A stretch of 57,571 bases of DNA from NCBI GenBank assembly GCA_910587745.1, contig CAJUNE010000003.1, forward strand, positions 1 to 57,571. The letters run 5' to 3'. Both the position numbers and the translations under genes were made by a program. Origin of the DNA: an uncultured Bacilli bacterium (GTDB lineage: Bacteria; Bacillota_I; Bacilli_A; RF39; UBA660). The notes below the pieces were generated by a model. It had not been told where the DNA came from and made no database searches. It saw only the letters and a program-made list of their open reading frames with translations. Every line of letters begins with the position of its first letter. Position 1 is the first letter of the stretch. Positions 1 to 10,263 of the stretch are shown here, one piece after another.

Positions 1-1502
1 TTTTCATTTCTTATTAAATTTATATCTTTATCAGGAATATCTCTTGGTTTAATAACATTAAGTGGAAAGAAAGTTGCCCTTCCTAAATGATTAGTTTTTA
101 AATAATCAATGCATTCTCTAGTAGCCGCCTCATCTTCTGTAACTAAAAAATTAGCCGAAGACCCTAGTGCTGTTTCTATAGCAGTTGCATACATATTTTC
201 CATTTCTAATAAATTACCTATGGTATTATGTACACCTTCTAACCGCATATTATTTAAAACACTTCTAACCGCATTAGGCATTTTGGAATTATTTTTAATA
301 TTATCTTCTAATATTTCAATTTTATTTTCTAAAACTAAAATTTCTTTAGCATGTTCATTTATATTATTAAGCAAATTATTTTTTTTCACTTTTTCTGTAA
401 TCAAATCATTATCAATTTTATCTTTAGCAATCGATAATTCTTTAATATCATTAATTACTCCTTCAAGTTTAGCTTGTTCTGTTGTAATATCTTTTTTTAT
501 TGCTAGTTGTTCTTCTTTAAGTTTTATTGAGATTTCTTCTAATTTTTCACTTCCAGTATCGTACTTTTTACGTTCCATAGTAACTAACTTCTCAGCTTCC
601 AAACTAGCAAGATTTTCTGTTAATTTTAAATATTCGCTATTCTTAGAACTTATAGTTTCATCTAATTTTATGTTTTCTAATTTTAGTTTTTCTAATTTCG
701 TATTATCTTCGGTATTTTTAGAAGTCATACCCGCAAGTTCTTTTTGTAAAGCCTCAGCTTCTGCTTTTATTCTTTTATAATCAATATTTATTTTAGAGAT
801 ATCACTTGCTATTAAAGCAATTTCAATATTTTTAAGTTCATCTTTCAACGCTAAAAATTTCTTAGCTACTTCACTCTGTTTTTTTAAAGGATTAACACTT
901 TTTTCAAGTTCTTCTATTACTAGTTTAACCCTTGCAATATTTTCTTTAGTTTTTTCTAATTTTTTTAAGCTAACTTCTTTTCTTTTCTTATATTTCAAAA
1001 CTCCTGCAGCATCTTCAAAAATAGTTCTTCTCATCTCTGGCTTACTATTTATTATATCAGAAACACTGCCTTGAGAAATAATATTAAAAGAATCATTACC
1101 CGCGCCTGTATCTAAAAAAAGATCTGTAACATCTTTAAGTCTAACTTTACTATTATTAACAAAGTATTCATTTTCACCTGTATTATAAATAACTCTTTTT
1201 ACTTCAATTTCATTAAATTCACTATTTAAATAATGATCGCTATTATCGAATACTAAAGATACATATGCTCTTGTATGAGCTGGTCTTGATTTAGAACCTG
1301 AAAATATAACATCACTCATCGTATCACTGCCACGAAGAGATTTAACCGATTGTTCGCCTAAAACCCAACGTACAGCATCAACAATATTACTTTTACCACT
1401 ACCATTAGGCCCTACTACTGCCGTAATTCCATTTTTTATTTCCAAATCTATTTTATCCGCAAATGATTTAAAACCAAATGCTCGAATATTCTTCAAATGC
1501 AT
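1..1502 (-). CDS. smc: Chromosome partition ATPase SMC, N-terminal ~500 codons (3' part runs off the window)
   Basis: My translation from the ATG at 1502 gives MHLKNIRAFGFKSFADKIDLEIKNGITAVVGPNGSGKSNIVDAVRWVLGEQS (Walker A), followed by a long Lys/Glu/Leu-rich coiled coil. It is absent from the ORF track because it is open at the window edge. It lies next to rnc, as in Bacillus. Confidence 0.85.
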   Translation of the reverse strand, partial: MHLKNIRAFGFKSFADKIDLEIKNGITAVVGPNGSGKSNIVDAVRWVLGEQSVKSLRGSDTMSDVIFSGSKSRPAHTRAYVSLVFDNSDHYLNSEFNEIEVKRVIYNTGENEYFVNNSKVRLKDVTDLFLDTGAGNDSFNIISQGSVSDIINSKPEMRRTIFEDAAGVLKYKKRKEVSLKKLEKTKENIARVKLVIEELEKSVNPLKKQSEVAKKFLALKDELKNIEIALIASDISKINIDYKRIKAEAEALQKELAGMTSKNTEDNTKLEKLKLENIKLDETISSKNSEYLKLTENLASLEAEKLVTMERKKYDTGSEKLEEISIKLKEEQLAIKKDITTEQAKLEGVINDIKELSIAKDKIDNDLITEKVKKNNLLNNINEHAKEILVLENKIEILEDNIKNNSKMPNAVRSVLNNMRLEGVHNTIGNLLEMENMYATAIETALGSSANFLVTEDEAATRECIDYLKTNHLGRATFFPLNVIKPRDIPDKDINLIRNE

Positions 1503-1514
1503 AATTATCTTCCT

Positions 1515-2162
1515 TTACTTAACACTTTTATTTAATGCATCGCGAGCAGCTTCTTGTTCTGCTTCTTTCTTGCTTTTTCCTATTCCTTTTCCATATACAA
1601 TGCCATCAATAACAACTTCAAAAGCAAAAGTTTTATCATGACTAGGCCCATCTTCACTAACTAAAATATATTCTAAACTTTTTTTATCAGTTTGAACCAT
1701 TTCTTGCAATCTAGATTTATAATCGCCTAAAAATATATGATGTTTTTTCACATACGGTTCTAAAATTTCTAAAGCATAACTACGAGCAACAGCAAAACCT
1801 TTATCTAAATATATCGCACCTAAAACACTTTCAAAGCAATCTGCAATAATAGTATCATTAACGTTTTTAATTTGACCATTACCGACTTTTATATATTTAT
1901 CAATACCCACATCTTTCGAATATTGCGCTAAAGCTTCTTCACACACAAAACTAGCTCTAATTTTTGACAATTCACCTTCTTGAGCACTACTAGAATTATA
2001 AAAATATTCACTAGTTATAAGTTGTAATACAGCATCTCCCAAAAATTCTAAACGTTCATAATTACCTCCACCATGTTCATTAGAATAACTACTATGAGTC
2101 AAAGCTAAATCTAATAGTTCTGTCTTTTCTATTTTAATATTATAAGGTTCTAAAAAGTTCAT
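1515..2162 (-). CDS. rnc: Ribonuclease III
   Basis: ERLEFLGDAVL signature plus a C-terminal dsRBD (KSKKEAEQEAARDAL). The likely start is the ATG at 2162; the ORF-track start at 2171 is a GTG. Confidence 0.9.
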   Translation of the reverse strand: MNFLEPYNIKIEKTELLDLALTHSSYSNEHGGGNYERLEFLGDAVLQLITSEYFYNSSSAQEGELSKIRASFVCEEALAQYSKDVGIDKYIKVGNGQIKNVNDTIIADCFESVLGAIYLDKGFAVARSYALEILEPYVKKHHIFLGDYKSRLQEMVQTDKKSLEYILVSEDGPSHDKTFAFEVVIDGIVYGKGIGKSKKEAEQEAARDALNKSVK

Positions 2163-2239
2163 ATATCTCACTCGTTTCTTTATTCTATATAATTATAACA
2201 AAAAGGAAAAAAAAAATAAACAGCTATTGTTTATTTTAA

Positions 2240-2608
2240 TTAAATCCATCTAGATATATATATTTTTCTTGTTTGATCTTCCATAGTTTGTTTATAAATA
2301 TTAATAATCGCATCAACAATGGTACGTACAGGATCTCCATTTTTACTTTTCACTTTCATTCTAAAAATTTCTTTTTGCAAAGTTTTACGAAAAAAATAAT
2401 CATCAACATATTTTCCCATTGTCATATCTAAAATTTTAATTTTATCAATATCTTCTCCATTATTAATATCAATTTTAAAAATAAAATCACGATATATCTT
2501 TACCAACTGTAAAGATAAGTTATCATCCTCTAAAAAATCAGTATTAACAATTCTATCAAAATTAGGACAATGACTAAGAATAACTTTATTATTTTCCACT
2601 ATTACCAC
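2240..2608 (-). CDS. Hypothetical protein (122 aa)
   Basis: Clean ORF in the coding-dense strand context. No motif recognised. Confidence 0.5.
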   Translation of the reverse strand: MVIVENNKVILSHCPNFDRIVNTDFLEDDNLSLQLVKIYRDFIFKIDINNGEDIDKIKILDMTMGKYVDDYFFRKTLQKEIFRMKVKSKNGDPVRTIVDAIINIYKQTMEDQTRKIYISRWI

Positions 2609-2696
2609 CCTATTACTTTACAAATTAATTTTACAATGACTAATTTAATTTGTCAAATATTATTTTTATGGTTATAATATATATAAGGTGATTATT

Positions 2697-3656
2697 TTGA
2701 AAAAAACTAAATTAAAAATCAAAAAACAAGTATGGATTGCTTTAGTTCTTATTATTTTTGGTTGTATTGGTATTTATTCATTTAACAAAGTACGTGCTAA
2801 AATAGAATATAAAAAAACAAATGAATATAAACTTTTAAATATTGGATATACAAAAGAAGATATCAAATTACTTGAAGAAAAAACAAACAAAGATAGCATC
2901 AAAAATCTTTTAAATAGTCCAAAAAATGATTTTCTATTATCTTTACTTAAAGAACAATATTATTTAAATAAAAACTTATCAAGATATATAGCTTACAATA
3001 AAGAAAATCCTAGCATCTCTCCTAAGGAAGTTATTTCTTTGATAAATGTTAACCGAGACTATGCTTATTATGATCACGATATTGAAACTGATACTTCTCT
3101 AAATGAATTAATGCTAATTAATAAATATCATAAATTAAACGAAGACTTTGAACCTAATAATTTAACAAATGTAAGTAACAAATACTATTATGGTGATAAT
3201 CATAAACTTCAAAAAATTGCTTATGAAGCTTTTATAGATATGTGGAATCAAGCTAAAAATGAAGATATATATTTAATAATGAATTCTAGTTATCGTACCT
3301 ATGAATCTCAAGTAAATGTTTATGATTCTTATAAAAATCGTAATGGCACTACCTACGCTGATTCTATCGCTGCTCGCCCAGGACATTCTGAACATCAAAC
3401 CGGTTTGTCATTAGATATTTTTAGTAAAGATAACACAACAACTTCAAATTTCAAAAACTCTCCAGCTCATATATGGCTTCAAAACAATTCTTATAGATTT
3501 GGTTTTATTGAAAGATATCAAGAAGGCAAAGAGAATATAACTGGATTTAAAGAAGAAGCCTGGCACTATCGCTACGTTGGCATTGAAGCAGCAACTTACA
3601 TTCACGACAATAACATAACATTTGATGAATATTATGCTTACTTTATTGAAAAGTAA
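2697..3656 (+). CDS. D-alanyl-D-alanine carboxypeptidase, VanY/peptidase M15B family, membrane anchored
   Basis: Motifs SSYRTYESQ, HSEHQTGLSLD and EAWHYRYVG, plus an N-terminal TM segment. A TTG at 2697 sits 6 nt after AAGGTG; the track start at 2688 is the GTG inside that SD. Confidence 0.8.
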   Translation: MKKTKLKIKKQVWIALVLIIFGCIGIYSFNKVRAKIEYKKTNEYKLLNIGYTKEDIKLLEEKTNKDSIKNLLNSPKNDFLLSLLKEQYYLNKNLSRYIAYNKENPSISPKEVISLINVNRDYAYYDHDIETDTSLNELMLINKYHKLNEDFEPNNLTNVSNKYYYGDNHKLQKIAYEAFIDMWNQAKNEDIYLIMNSSYRTYESQVNVYDSYKNRNGTTYADSIAARPGHSEHQTGLSLDIFSKDNTTTSNFKNSPAHIWLQNNSYRFGFIERYQEGKENITGFKEEAWHYRYVGIEAATYIHDNNITFDEYYAYFIEK

Positions 3657-3675
3657 GCTTTTTTATTAAAGAAAA

Positions 3676-3699
3676 AAACTCGAGTTTATTCTCGAGTTT
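3676..3699. terminator. Hairpin terminator between the vanY-like gene and the tRNA cluster
   Basis: AAACTCGAG-tttatt-CTCGAGTTT is a perfect 9-bp stem. An A-run on the plus side gives a T-run on the minus strand, downstream of tRNA-Glu. Confidence 0.6.
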
Positions 3700-3711
3700 A
3701 AATACAAATTT

Positions 3712-3788
3712 TGGTGACCAGTACGGGATTCGAACCCGTGAATGCTGCCGTGAAAGGGCAGTGTGTTAAGCCGCTTCACCAACTGGCC
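3712..3788 (-). tRNA. tRNA-Glu (anticodon UUC)
   Basis: The reverse complement GGCCAGTTGGTGAAGCGG...CTGCC-CTTTCAC-GGCAG...GGGTTCGAATCCCGTACTGGTCACCA folds as a cloverleaf with a TTCGAAT T-loop and an encoded CCA. Confidence 0.9.
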
Positions 3789-3794
3789 ATAAAA

Positions 3795-3871
<77 letters not shown>

Positions 3872-3883
3872 GAAACAAATCAA

Positions 3884-3959
3884 TGGTGTCCCCTTAGGGA
3901 TTCGAACCCTAGACCCACTGATTAAGAGTCAGTTGCTCTACCAGCTGAGCTAAGGAGAC
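3884..3959 (-). tRNA. tRNA-Lys (anticodon CUU)
   Basis: The reverse complement is GTCTCCTTAGCTCAGCTGGTAGAGCAACTGA-CTCTTAA-TCAGT...GGGTTCGAATCCCTAAGGGGACACCA. Confidence 0.9.
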
Positions 3960-3979
3960 ATCTCACAAATTGCTATTTA

Positions 3980-4007
3980 ATTATAACATAAAATTAATAA
4001 AAGGCAA
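3980..4007 (-). promoter_or_regulatory. Putative sigma-A promoter of the tRNA Lys-Ile-Glu cluster
   Basis: The minus strand reads TTGCCT, a 16-nt spacer, then TGT-TATAAT (extended -10), about 20 nt upstream of the tRNA-Lys 5' end. Confidence 0.5.
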
Positions 4008-4114
4008 TAGCAAAATTTTATTTTTTTAAAATTTTAAGTAAAAACTACATAATAATGCCAAAATCCCCTATTAAATTATATGCTTACATGTTAAAATACA
4101 TATGAGGTGTTTAA

Positions 4115-4414
4115 ATGAAAAAGTATTATAATACTCTAAATAAAGAAGAAAAATCAAAAATAAAAGAAATATATAGAAATGAATACAAAAATTCAGAACT
4201 TAAAATAAGATTACTAAGACTAGTCATATATGCTATAATTGGATATATTACATCAATAGTTTTATATTTAGATGCATTCATAGGAAAAGAAAGCAAAATA
4301 TTAAACATTACCATAGCTACTACCCTATTTATTGCTTCTACAATATTTTTAAGCGGAAGTATAATTTTAAAACAAAAAACATTAAATAAAATAGCTTTAA
4401 AAAACAAAAAATAG
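4115..4414 (+). CDS. Small membrane protein (99 aa, two predicted TM segments)
   Basis: A GAGGTG SD precedes the ATG. There are two hydrophobic stretches and no recognised family. Confidence 0.5.
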   Translation: MKKYYNTLNKEEKSKIKEIYRNEYKNSELKIRLLRLVIYAIIGYITSIVLYLDAFIGKESKILNITIATTLFIASTIFLSGSIILKQKTLNKIALKNKK

Positions 4415-4481
4415 ATACCTTAGTGTCTTTTTTTAATGATAAAAATTAATTTTTTAGCCACACTATAAATGGTGATAAAAT

Positions 4482-5825
4482 ATGTTTAATAACTATGAAA
4501 TAAAAAGATACCAAAATGAAGAAGTACTTATAATCTATTTAGATATGAATACTGAATTTGCTAAATTAAGTAAAAGTATTAAAACTACAATTAATAAAGA
4601 AGTAGATGATTATATTAAAGATAAAAAAATAAAATTTAAAGGTCAAAAAATAATTCTTATGGCCGGTTCTCTCCTAATCGGTACTCTTTTATACACAACT
4701 CCTCTTTTAAAAAATAATAACTCTCCTAGTTACACATATACAACTAGCATTACAAGTGTAAAAGAAAATATTAATATTGGTAAAGAAGATATCAAAGAAG
4801 AAATAGTAGAAACAAACAAGAATGAACAAAATGTATCAGATAAGAAAGATAATATAAGTTCTTCAAATAAACCCTCTAGTAGTAATACACCTGCAAATAA
4901 GCCTTCTGTAAGTAAGCCAAACACTACCCCACCAAAAAATCCTACGCCATCTTCTAATAATACACCTAATAAGACTGAACCCACAAAACCAACTGAACCT
5001 CCTAAAAAGGAAGAAATATCTAAACCTGTAACTTATAAAAACCCAGTTACAATAAAAAGAAGCAATGGTACAATTCTAACATTAGAACTTGAAGATTACT
5101 TAATAGGTGTCGTAAGCGCTGAAATGCCAGCCTCATTTCATAGTGAAGCCCTAAAAGCTCAAGCTATAGCAGCAAGAACCTATGCTCTTAAAACAATTGA
5201 AAGTGGCAAAACTTTAACCGACACAGTCTCAACCCAAGCCTATCAAGATAACAATCAATTAAAAAACAAATGGGGTCAAAGCTATAATACATATTATAAT
5301 AAAGTTAAAAATGCTGTTTTAGCCACCGAAGGTTTAGTTATGACTTATAATGGCTCTTTAATAAATGCTTATTACCATTCAACCAGTAATGGTTTTACAG
5401 AAGATTCTACAGCAGTATTTGGTTCTTTCCCCTACTTACAATCTGTCGCAAGTCCTGTTGATAAAAACGTTTCTAGTTATTTAAAAACTATCTCTATGAC
5501 TTATGAAAATATAAGTAATAAATTAGGAATTCCTGTAACAAGCCTATCAACTATAAAAGTAGAAAAAAATGGTTCTAATCGTGTAGATAAAATAATAATT
5601 GATAATCATGTATATGGTGGTGTTGAATTTAGAACTAAATTAGGTTTAAGAAGTACTGATTTTGAATTAAACCTTTATGAAAACAATATATCTATTACAA
5701 CTAGAGGATATGGTCACGGAGTTGGTATGAGTCAATATGGTGCTCATGAATATGCCAAAACTGGAATGACTTATCAAAATATATTAAAGCATTATTATAC
5801 AGGTATAAATATTACAAAACGTTAA
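4482..5825 (+). CDS. spoIID: Stage II sporulation protein D-like (SpoIID/LytB domain) with a long Pro/Thr/Ser/Asn-rich linker
   Basis: EDYLIGVVSAEMPASFHSEALKAQAIAARTYAL and GHGVGMSQYGA are SpoIID-domain signatures. An N-terminal TM anchor is present. Confidence 0.8.
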   Translation: MFNNYEIKRYQNEEVLIIYLDMNTEFAKLSKSIKTTINKEVDDYIKDKKIKFKGQKIILMAGSLLIGTLLYTTPLLKNNNSPSYTYTTSITSVKENINIGKEDIKEEIVETNKNEQNVSDKKDNISSSNKPSSSNTPANKPSVSKPNTTPPKNPTPSSNNTPNKTEPTKPTEPPKKEEISKPVTYKNPVTIKRSNGTILTLELEDYLIGVVSAEMPASFHSEALKAQAIAARTYALKTIESGKTLTDTVSTQAYQDNNQLKNKWGQSYNTYYNKVKNAVLATEGLVMTYNGSLINAYYHSTSNGFTEDSTAVFGSFPYLQSVASPVDKNVSSYLKTISMTYENISNKLGIPVTSLSTIKVEKNGSNRVDKIIIDNHVYGGVEFRTKLGLRSTDFELNLYENNISITTRGYGHGVGMSQYGAHEYAKTGMTYQNILKHYYTGINITKR

Positions 5826-6619
5826 AAAGTTTTAAAATTATTTAATACTTCATTAATAGACTCACTTATTACTTTGCTTAAATTTTTAATAAGAATATCA
5901 ATATTATGAGAAACAACTAAAAAGTCATATCCATCTTTAAAAGAAATATGGCTTTTTTTAACATTCATAACATCTCTAATAATAGTTGAGGCAAAAGTTG
6001 CAGTAGCAACACCTACTACAAACGTTGGAACTCCAAGTGTATTTAGACTTATTTCTTCATTATAATTAGCAAGTCCACTTCCAGGAGTTATTCCCATATC
6101 AGTTACTTGAATAACAGAATTAAGATACCGAATATGGCTACATACTAAAGAGTCAACGATTATTAAAAAATCAGGTTTTAACTCTTTAACTAAAGCATTA
6201 ACTCCTTTAAAAGCTTCCATGCCACTTTCTTTAGTAGTTCCTGGAATATAAACATACACATCTCTATAATTATTTATATTTAAAAAACCGAAATAACCTG
6301 TTGCAACTATATTATTACAAACTTGAGTTCCAAGAGCATCACTAATAACATTTTTATTTCCTAAACCTACAACTAAACAAGAAGTTTTATTATTTAAATT
6401 ATATTTCTTTAAAAAATATTTAATTTCTTTCTTTAAAGCTTGTTTTAAATCATTTTTATTTGAATTAGATTCTAAATTATTAAAAATAATATCTGCAAAA
6501 GAAAAATCTTTATAACCATATTGCTCTACTTCAATATTATTTATTAAATATTTATTAATTTTTTTATATTTTTTATTTTGAATTGCCAAATCATTTCTAA
6601 GTATATAGTTTTTCTTCAT
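5822..6619 (-). CDS. gpr: Germination protease (GPR endopeptidase, peptidase A25)
   Basis: LVVGLGNKNVISDALG and the GPR-like length and architecture. The ATG at 6619 is preferred over the TTG track start at 6646. Confidence 0.75.
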   Translation of the reverse strand: MKKNYILRNDLAIQNKKYKKINKYLINNIEVEQYGYKDFSFADIIFNNLESNSNKNDLKQALKKEIKYFLKKYNLNNKTSCLVVGLGNKNVISDALGTQVCNNIVATGYFGFLNINNYRDVYVYIPGTTKESGMEAFKGVNALVKELKPDFLIIVDSLVCSHIRYLNSVIQVTDMGITPGSGLANYNEEISLNTLGVPTFVVGVATATFASTIIRDVMNVKKSHISFKDGYDFLVVSHNIDILIKNLSKVISESINEVLNNFKTF

Positions 6620-6657
6620 AAATATCACTATTTTTAGTATAAACAAAAAAAGAGAAT

Positions 6658-7260
6658 TTATTTTCTCTTTATTTCTTCTATTATATAGCCATATTTCTTC
6701 ATAGCAATTTCACCATTCCACAGAAGAAAGTCATCAATATTAAAAGTTTTGTTGATATGAGCATTTTCTTTATCTATAAATATTCCTGATATTTCATCAA
6801 TCTCATCTTTAAATAATTTTAACACTTCTTCACAATTTAATTTAACAATACCATTAACTTCTCCATCTGAAAAATTAAATTCTTTAGGCTCACTTTTAAT
6901 ATTTAAAATATAAATATGAGAGAAAGCTCGATCTTTAGTTATTTTTCCATTTTTCTCTTTATCCATTTTCCAATGATTTATTCTAACTAATTCTGCCTCT
7001 AGAAAATCTACTTTTACGCCAATTTCCTCCATAACTTCACGGCCAAAAGCCTCTTTTAAGCTTTCTCCAGCTTGAACATGGCCAGAAGCTGTTGTATAAA
7101 GTTTATTATCATCACTTCTTACTTGAAAATAAACGTTACCATCATTATCATATAACCAACAATGAATAGTATTATGCCACATTCCTTTTTCATGTACTTC
7201 ATCTCTAGGATAAGTACCTATCATTTCATGATTTTCATTATATACATCTAAATATTCCAT
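6658..7260 (-). CDS. Nudix hydrolase
   Basis: Nudix box GHVQAGESLKEAFGREVMEEIGV. Its start overlaps the trxA stop (TAATG). Confidence 0.75.
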   Translation of the reverse strand: MEYLDVYNENHEMIGTYPRDEVHEKGMWHNTIHCWLYDNDGNVYFQVRSDDNKLYTTASGHVQAGESLKEAFGREVMEEIGVKVDFLEAELVRINHWKMDKEKNGKITKDRAFSHIYILNIKSEPKEFNFSDGEVNGIVKLNCEEVLKLFKDEIDEISGIFIDKENAHINKTFNIDDFLLWNGEIAMKKYGYIIEEIKRK

Positions 7261-7550
7261 TATAAACCTTTTACAATAGTCTCAATTTCATCTTTACTTC
7301 TAAAACCAACTACTTTATTAACTAAATTTCCATCTTTAAAGAAACAAATTGTCGGAATACTCATTACTCCAAATTCACGTGCTAAGTCTTCATGACTATC
7401 AACATTTATTTTTAACACATTGTCATCAAGTTCTTCAAGCACTGGCCCTAACATTTTACATGGCCCACACCAATCCGCATAAAAATCAACTATCCAAACC
7501 CCATTACTTATAACTTCTTTAAAATTTTCATTTTCTAAATGTTTAACCAT
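7260..7550 (-). CDS. trxA: Thioredoxin
   Basis: WCGPC active site, 96 aa. Confidence 0.9.
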   Translation of the reverse strand: MVKHLENENFKEVISNGVWIVDFYADWCGPCKMLGPVLEELDDNVLKINVDSHEDLAREFGVMSIPTICFFKDGNLVNKVVGFRSKDEIETIVKGL

Positions 7551-7553
7551 TTT

Positions 7554-8279
7554 CTAATCCTCCTTATAACTATTTAATACACTTTGCGCTCCTGCAAAGT
7601 CTAATTTTTTATTATTAATTAATTTTTGTGTTACCTCAGGTGTTACAACTTCATATTTAAGCATTATTGTTAATATTTCTGCATTGTAAGCATCTTTATT
7701 ACTATCATTTTTATACTTATCTTGTAATTTATTAATATCTTGTATTGCTTTATAAGTATCATTAACCATATGCCCAATAATTGGTGTTTTATCAATAATA
7801 CTTCTAGCAAGAGTACTATCACTAACCATTTTACTTGTTGCATTAAATTGCAATAAAACAAATAAAACAATAAAACTAAACACTAATGCTTCCAAAAATC
7901 CTAAAACTGCTCCTATAATTTTTGAAGGTATACCAAGAATAATAGTCATTTTAAGAATAGTTTCTAAAATACCTGATACTTTAATTAAAAGTGACAGTAT
8001 ACTTGATAACACAACAAACACTAAAAGATATGCTATTGCTTCATACAATAAAATATTAAGCGTTACTAGTCCTGTCCAAGCTCCACCAAATTTCAGAAAA
8101 GGACAATAATCAAGCAACAGTTCTGCAACTGGATTTTTTAAGTAATATGCAACTACTACAACCACTACTGTTCCAATTAAAGCAACTAAACTTTTTATAG
8201 CGCCTTTTTTAAAACCTAATACCGCCCCAAGTAGTAAAAACAAAATTAAAATTGAGTCTACTATTGTCAAATTAATCAT
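7554..8279 (-). CDS. cvpA: CvpA-family membrane protein
   Basis: The N-terminal pattern NxxDxxxLxxLLxGAxxGFKKG and multiple TM segments fit the family. It lies next to rnhC, as in Bacillus. Confidence 0.65.
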   Translation of the reverse strand: MINLTIVDSILILFLLLGAVLGFKKGAIKSLVALIGTVVVVVVAYYLKNPVAELLLDYCPFLKFGGAWTGLVTLNILLYEAIAYLLVFVVLSSILSLLIKVSGILETILKMTIILGIPSKIIGAVLGFLEALVFSFIVLFVLLQFNATSKMVSDSTLARSIIDKTPIIGHMVNDTYKAIQDINKLQDKYKNDSNKDAYNAEILTIMLKYEVVTPEVTQKLINNKKLDFAGAQSVLNSYKED

Positions 8280-8355
8280 CTCCTACTATTATTATATACT
8301 AAAGTTTTTGAAAAATAAAGCAATATATGTTATTATTAATACAAGAGGTGTCAAA

Positions 8356-9297
8356 ATGACTATAGTATTTAAAGTAAGTGATAATATAAAACCTTTAATG
8401 ATAGATTTTTATCAAGACAGAAGCGTTCTCAATCCCCCACCTTATTCTATTTTACAAGTCAAAGATTTTGATTGTGTAACAACTCTTTATGAATCTGGTA
8501 AAGTAATGTTTCAAGGGATTGGTGCTGATATAGAAGCAAGCTATTGGATAGAACAAGAAAGAATTAAAAATAATCGTTTAATTGATACAAATGGTAAAGA
8601 AAAAAGTAAAAAAGATGATAAATTAGAACCTAAAAAAACATTTATTAATACAAGCTCTATAGGATCAGACGAAGTCGGAACAGGAGATTTCTTTGGTCCC
8701 ATTGTTGTTACGGCAACTTATGTATCTAAAGAAAATATTGATTTTTTAATAGATTTAGGTGTTAGAGATTCTAAAAAAATAACCGATGATAAAATCAAAA
8801 AAATAGCACCAGATATCATAAAAAAAATTCCTTATTCTACATTTATTTTAACAAACACTTCATACAACAAAAATTGGAGTGAAGATTTAAACATGAATAA
8901 AATAAAAGCAATTCTTCACAATAAAGTTTTATGTACTATTAAAAATAAAAACTTTGATTATGATAAAATTGTTGTAGACCAATTTGTTTACCCTAAAAAA
9001 TATTACGAACATATCAAAGATGCTAGCGAAAAAGTAACTGACATAACTTTTATGACTAAAGCAGAAGATCAATGTTTATCAGTCGCTGCAGCATCAATAA
9101 TATCCCGTTATATATTTCTAGGAGAAATGAAAAAATTAAGTGAAGAAATGAATATGGAAATTCCAAAAGGTGCTGGTCCTAATGTTGATGAAGTTGGAAT
9201 AAAAATAGCTAAAGAATATGGATTTAATAAATTAAAAGATATTGCAAAATTAAATTTTAAAAACAAAGACAAAATAAAAGCTGGTTTAAAAAATTAA
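8356..9297 (+). CDS. rnhC: Ribonuclease HIII
   Basis: GSDEVGTGDFFGPIVV catalytic motif with an N-terminal RNase HIII-type domain. A strong SD (AGAGGTG) sits before the ATG at 8356. Confidence 0.85.
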   Translation: MTIVFKVSDNIKPLMIDFYQDRSVLNPPPYSILQVKDFDCVTTLYESGKVMFQGIGADIEASYWIEQERIKNNRLIDTNGKEKSKKDDKLEPKKTFINTSSIGSDEVGTGDFFGPIVVTATYVSKENIDFLIDLGVRDSKKITDDKIKKIAPDIIKKIPYSTFILTNTSYNKNWSEDLNMNKIKAILHNKVLCTIKNKNFDYDKIVVDQFVYPKKYYEHIKDASEKVTDITFMTKAEDQCLSVAAASIISRYIFLGEMKKLSEEMNMEIPKGAGPNVDEVGIKIAKEYGFNKLKDIAKLNFKNKDKIKAGLKN

Positions 9298-9298
9298 A

Positions 9299-10171
9299 TC
9301 AGTTTTTTTCATTAAACAGTTTAAGAAATTCTATACAAGCAAAAGTCAAATGCTTATTAGTAGCCAAATATATATCAACACTAGGAATTTCTTTATTTAT
9401 ATTAAGCTCTTTTAAGTAAGGATAATTTCTTTTAGCTAAATCAATCATTACAAAGCCAACTCCTAATCCCTTATTAACAAATTCAGTAATTAATTCTTGA
9501 CTAACTACTTCCATATTAGGATGCAAAATAACATTATTTTTTAAAGCTAAATTATCCAAAAATTTTCTCGTGTTAGAAGAACTTTTTTGTAATATGAGTG
9601 GATATTCATTTAAATTATTAAAATTCAATATTTTATCTTCAAAATAATTAGGATTATAAACAAAACCATGTTTAATACTTCCAATGGTTTTTAAATTCAA
9701 GCTTGGATCTATCAAAGAGCTTTCATTAAAAATAACTAAATCCAACTTACTGTTTTGCAAATCTAACAATAAATCACTAGTTAGACCGTTAATAATATTA
9801 ATTTCCACTCCTGGAAATTTATTAAGAAAAATTTCTATTCTATCTAATAAAAATAATTTAGTAAGCGTTGTTGAAGCACCAATATTGAGTTTCCCCTTAC
9901 TTAAATTTTTATAAGAAGTAAATTCTATTTCAGCACTATTTATAATTTCCAAAGCCCTACTTACATAATTAAAAAGCATTTCCCCTTCTTCAGTTAAAGT
10001 CATACCTTTGTTACTTCTCAAAAAAAGCGCTCCCCCGATTTGTTCTTCTAATTTTCTTATTGTTTGACTTATAGCAGGTTGAGAAATATTTAATTCTTGA
10101 CTAGCTTTAGTCATATGTTTATTCTTAGCTACAACATAAAATACTCTATACAATTCTAAATCTATATTCAT
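9299..10171 (-). CDS. LysR-family transcriptional regulator
   Basis: N-terminal wHTH (ELYRVFYVVAKNKHMTKASQELNISQPAISQTIRKLE) plus a LysR substrate-binding domain. AAGGAG SD lies 8 nt before the ATG at 10171. Confidence 0.85.
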   Translation of the reverse strand: MNIDLELYRVFYVVAKNKHMTKASQELNISQPAISQTIRKLEEQIGGALFLRSNKGMTLTEEGEMLFNYVSRALEIINSAEIEFTSYKNLSKGKLNIGASTTLTKLFLLDRIEIFLNKFPGVEINIINGLTSDLLLDLQNSKLDLVIFNESSLIDPSLNLKTIGSIKHGFVYNPNYFEDKILNFNNLNEYPLILQKSSSNTRKFLDNLALKNNVILHPNMEVVSQELITEFVNKGLGVGFVMIDLAKRNYPYLKELNINKEIPSVDIYLATNKHLTFACIEFLKLFNEKN

Positions 10172-10263
10172 TATAAGCACTCCTTATAAAGATTATAACA
10201 TAAATATATTTTACTTATCAACTTTTATAGAATAAAATAGTTTTAGAAAAGAGGAAAAATAAA

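Noticed and set aside
109-780. 223-aa plus-strand ORF from the track
   Set aside because: It lies antisense to the smc coiled-coil region. The translation is Ser/Leu/Ile/Phe-rich low complexity, typical of the shadow frame of a Lys/Glu-rich gene. It has no SD. The minus-strand SMC reading is unambiguous.
10184-10198. TTATAAAGATTATAA palindrome fitting the LysR T-N11-A box next to the LysR-family gene
   Set aside because: It overlaps the LysR gene's own SD region. It is composed solely of A/T apart from one G, and such palindromes are expected by chance in this composition. It is not sufficient evidence for an operator.
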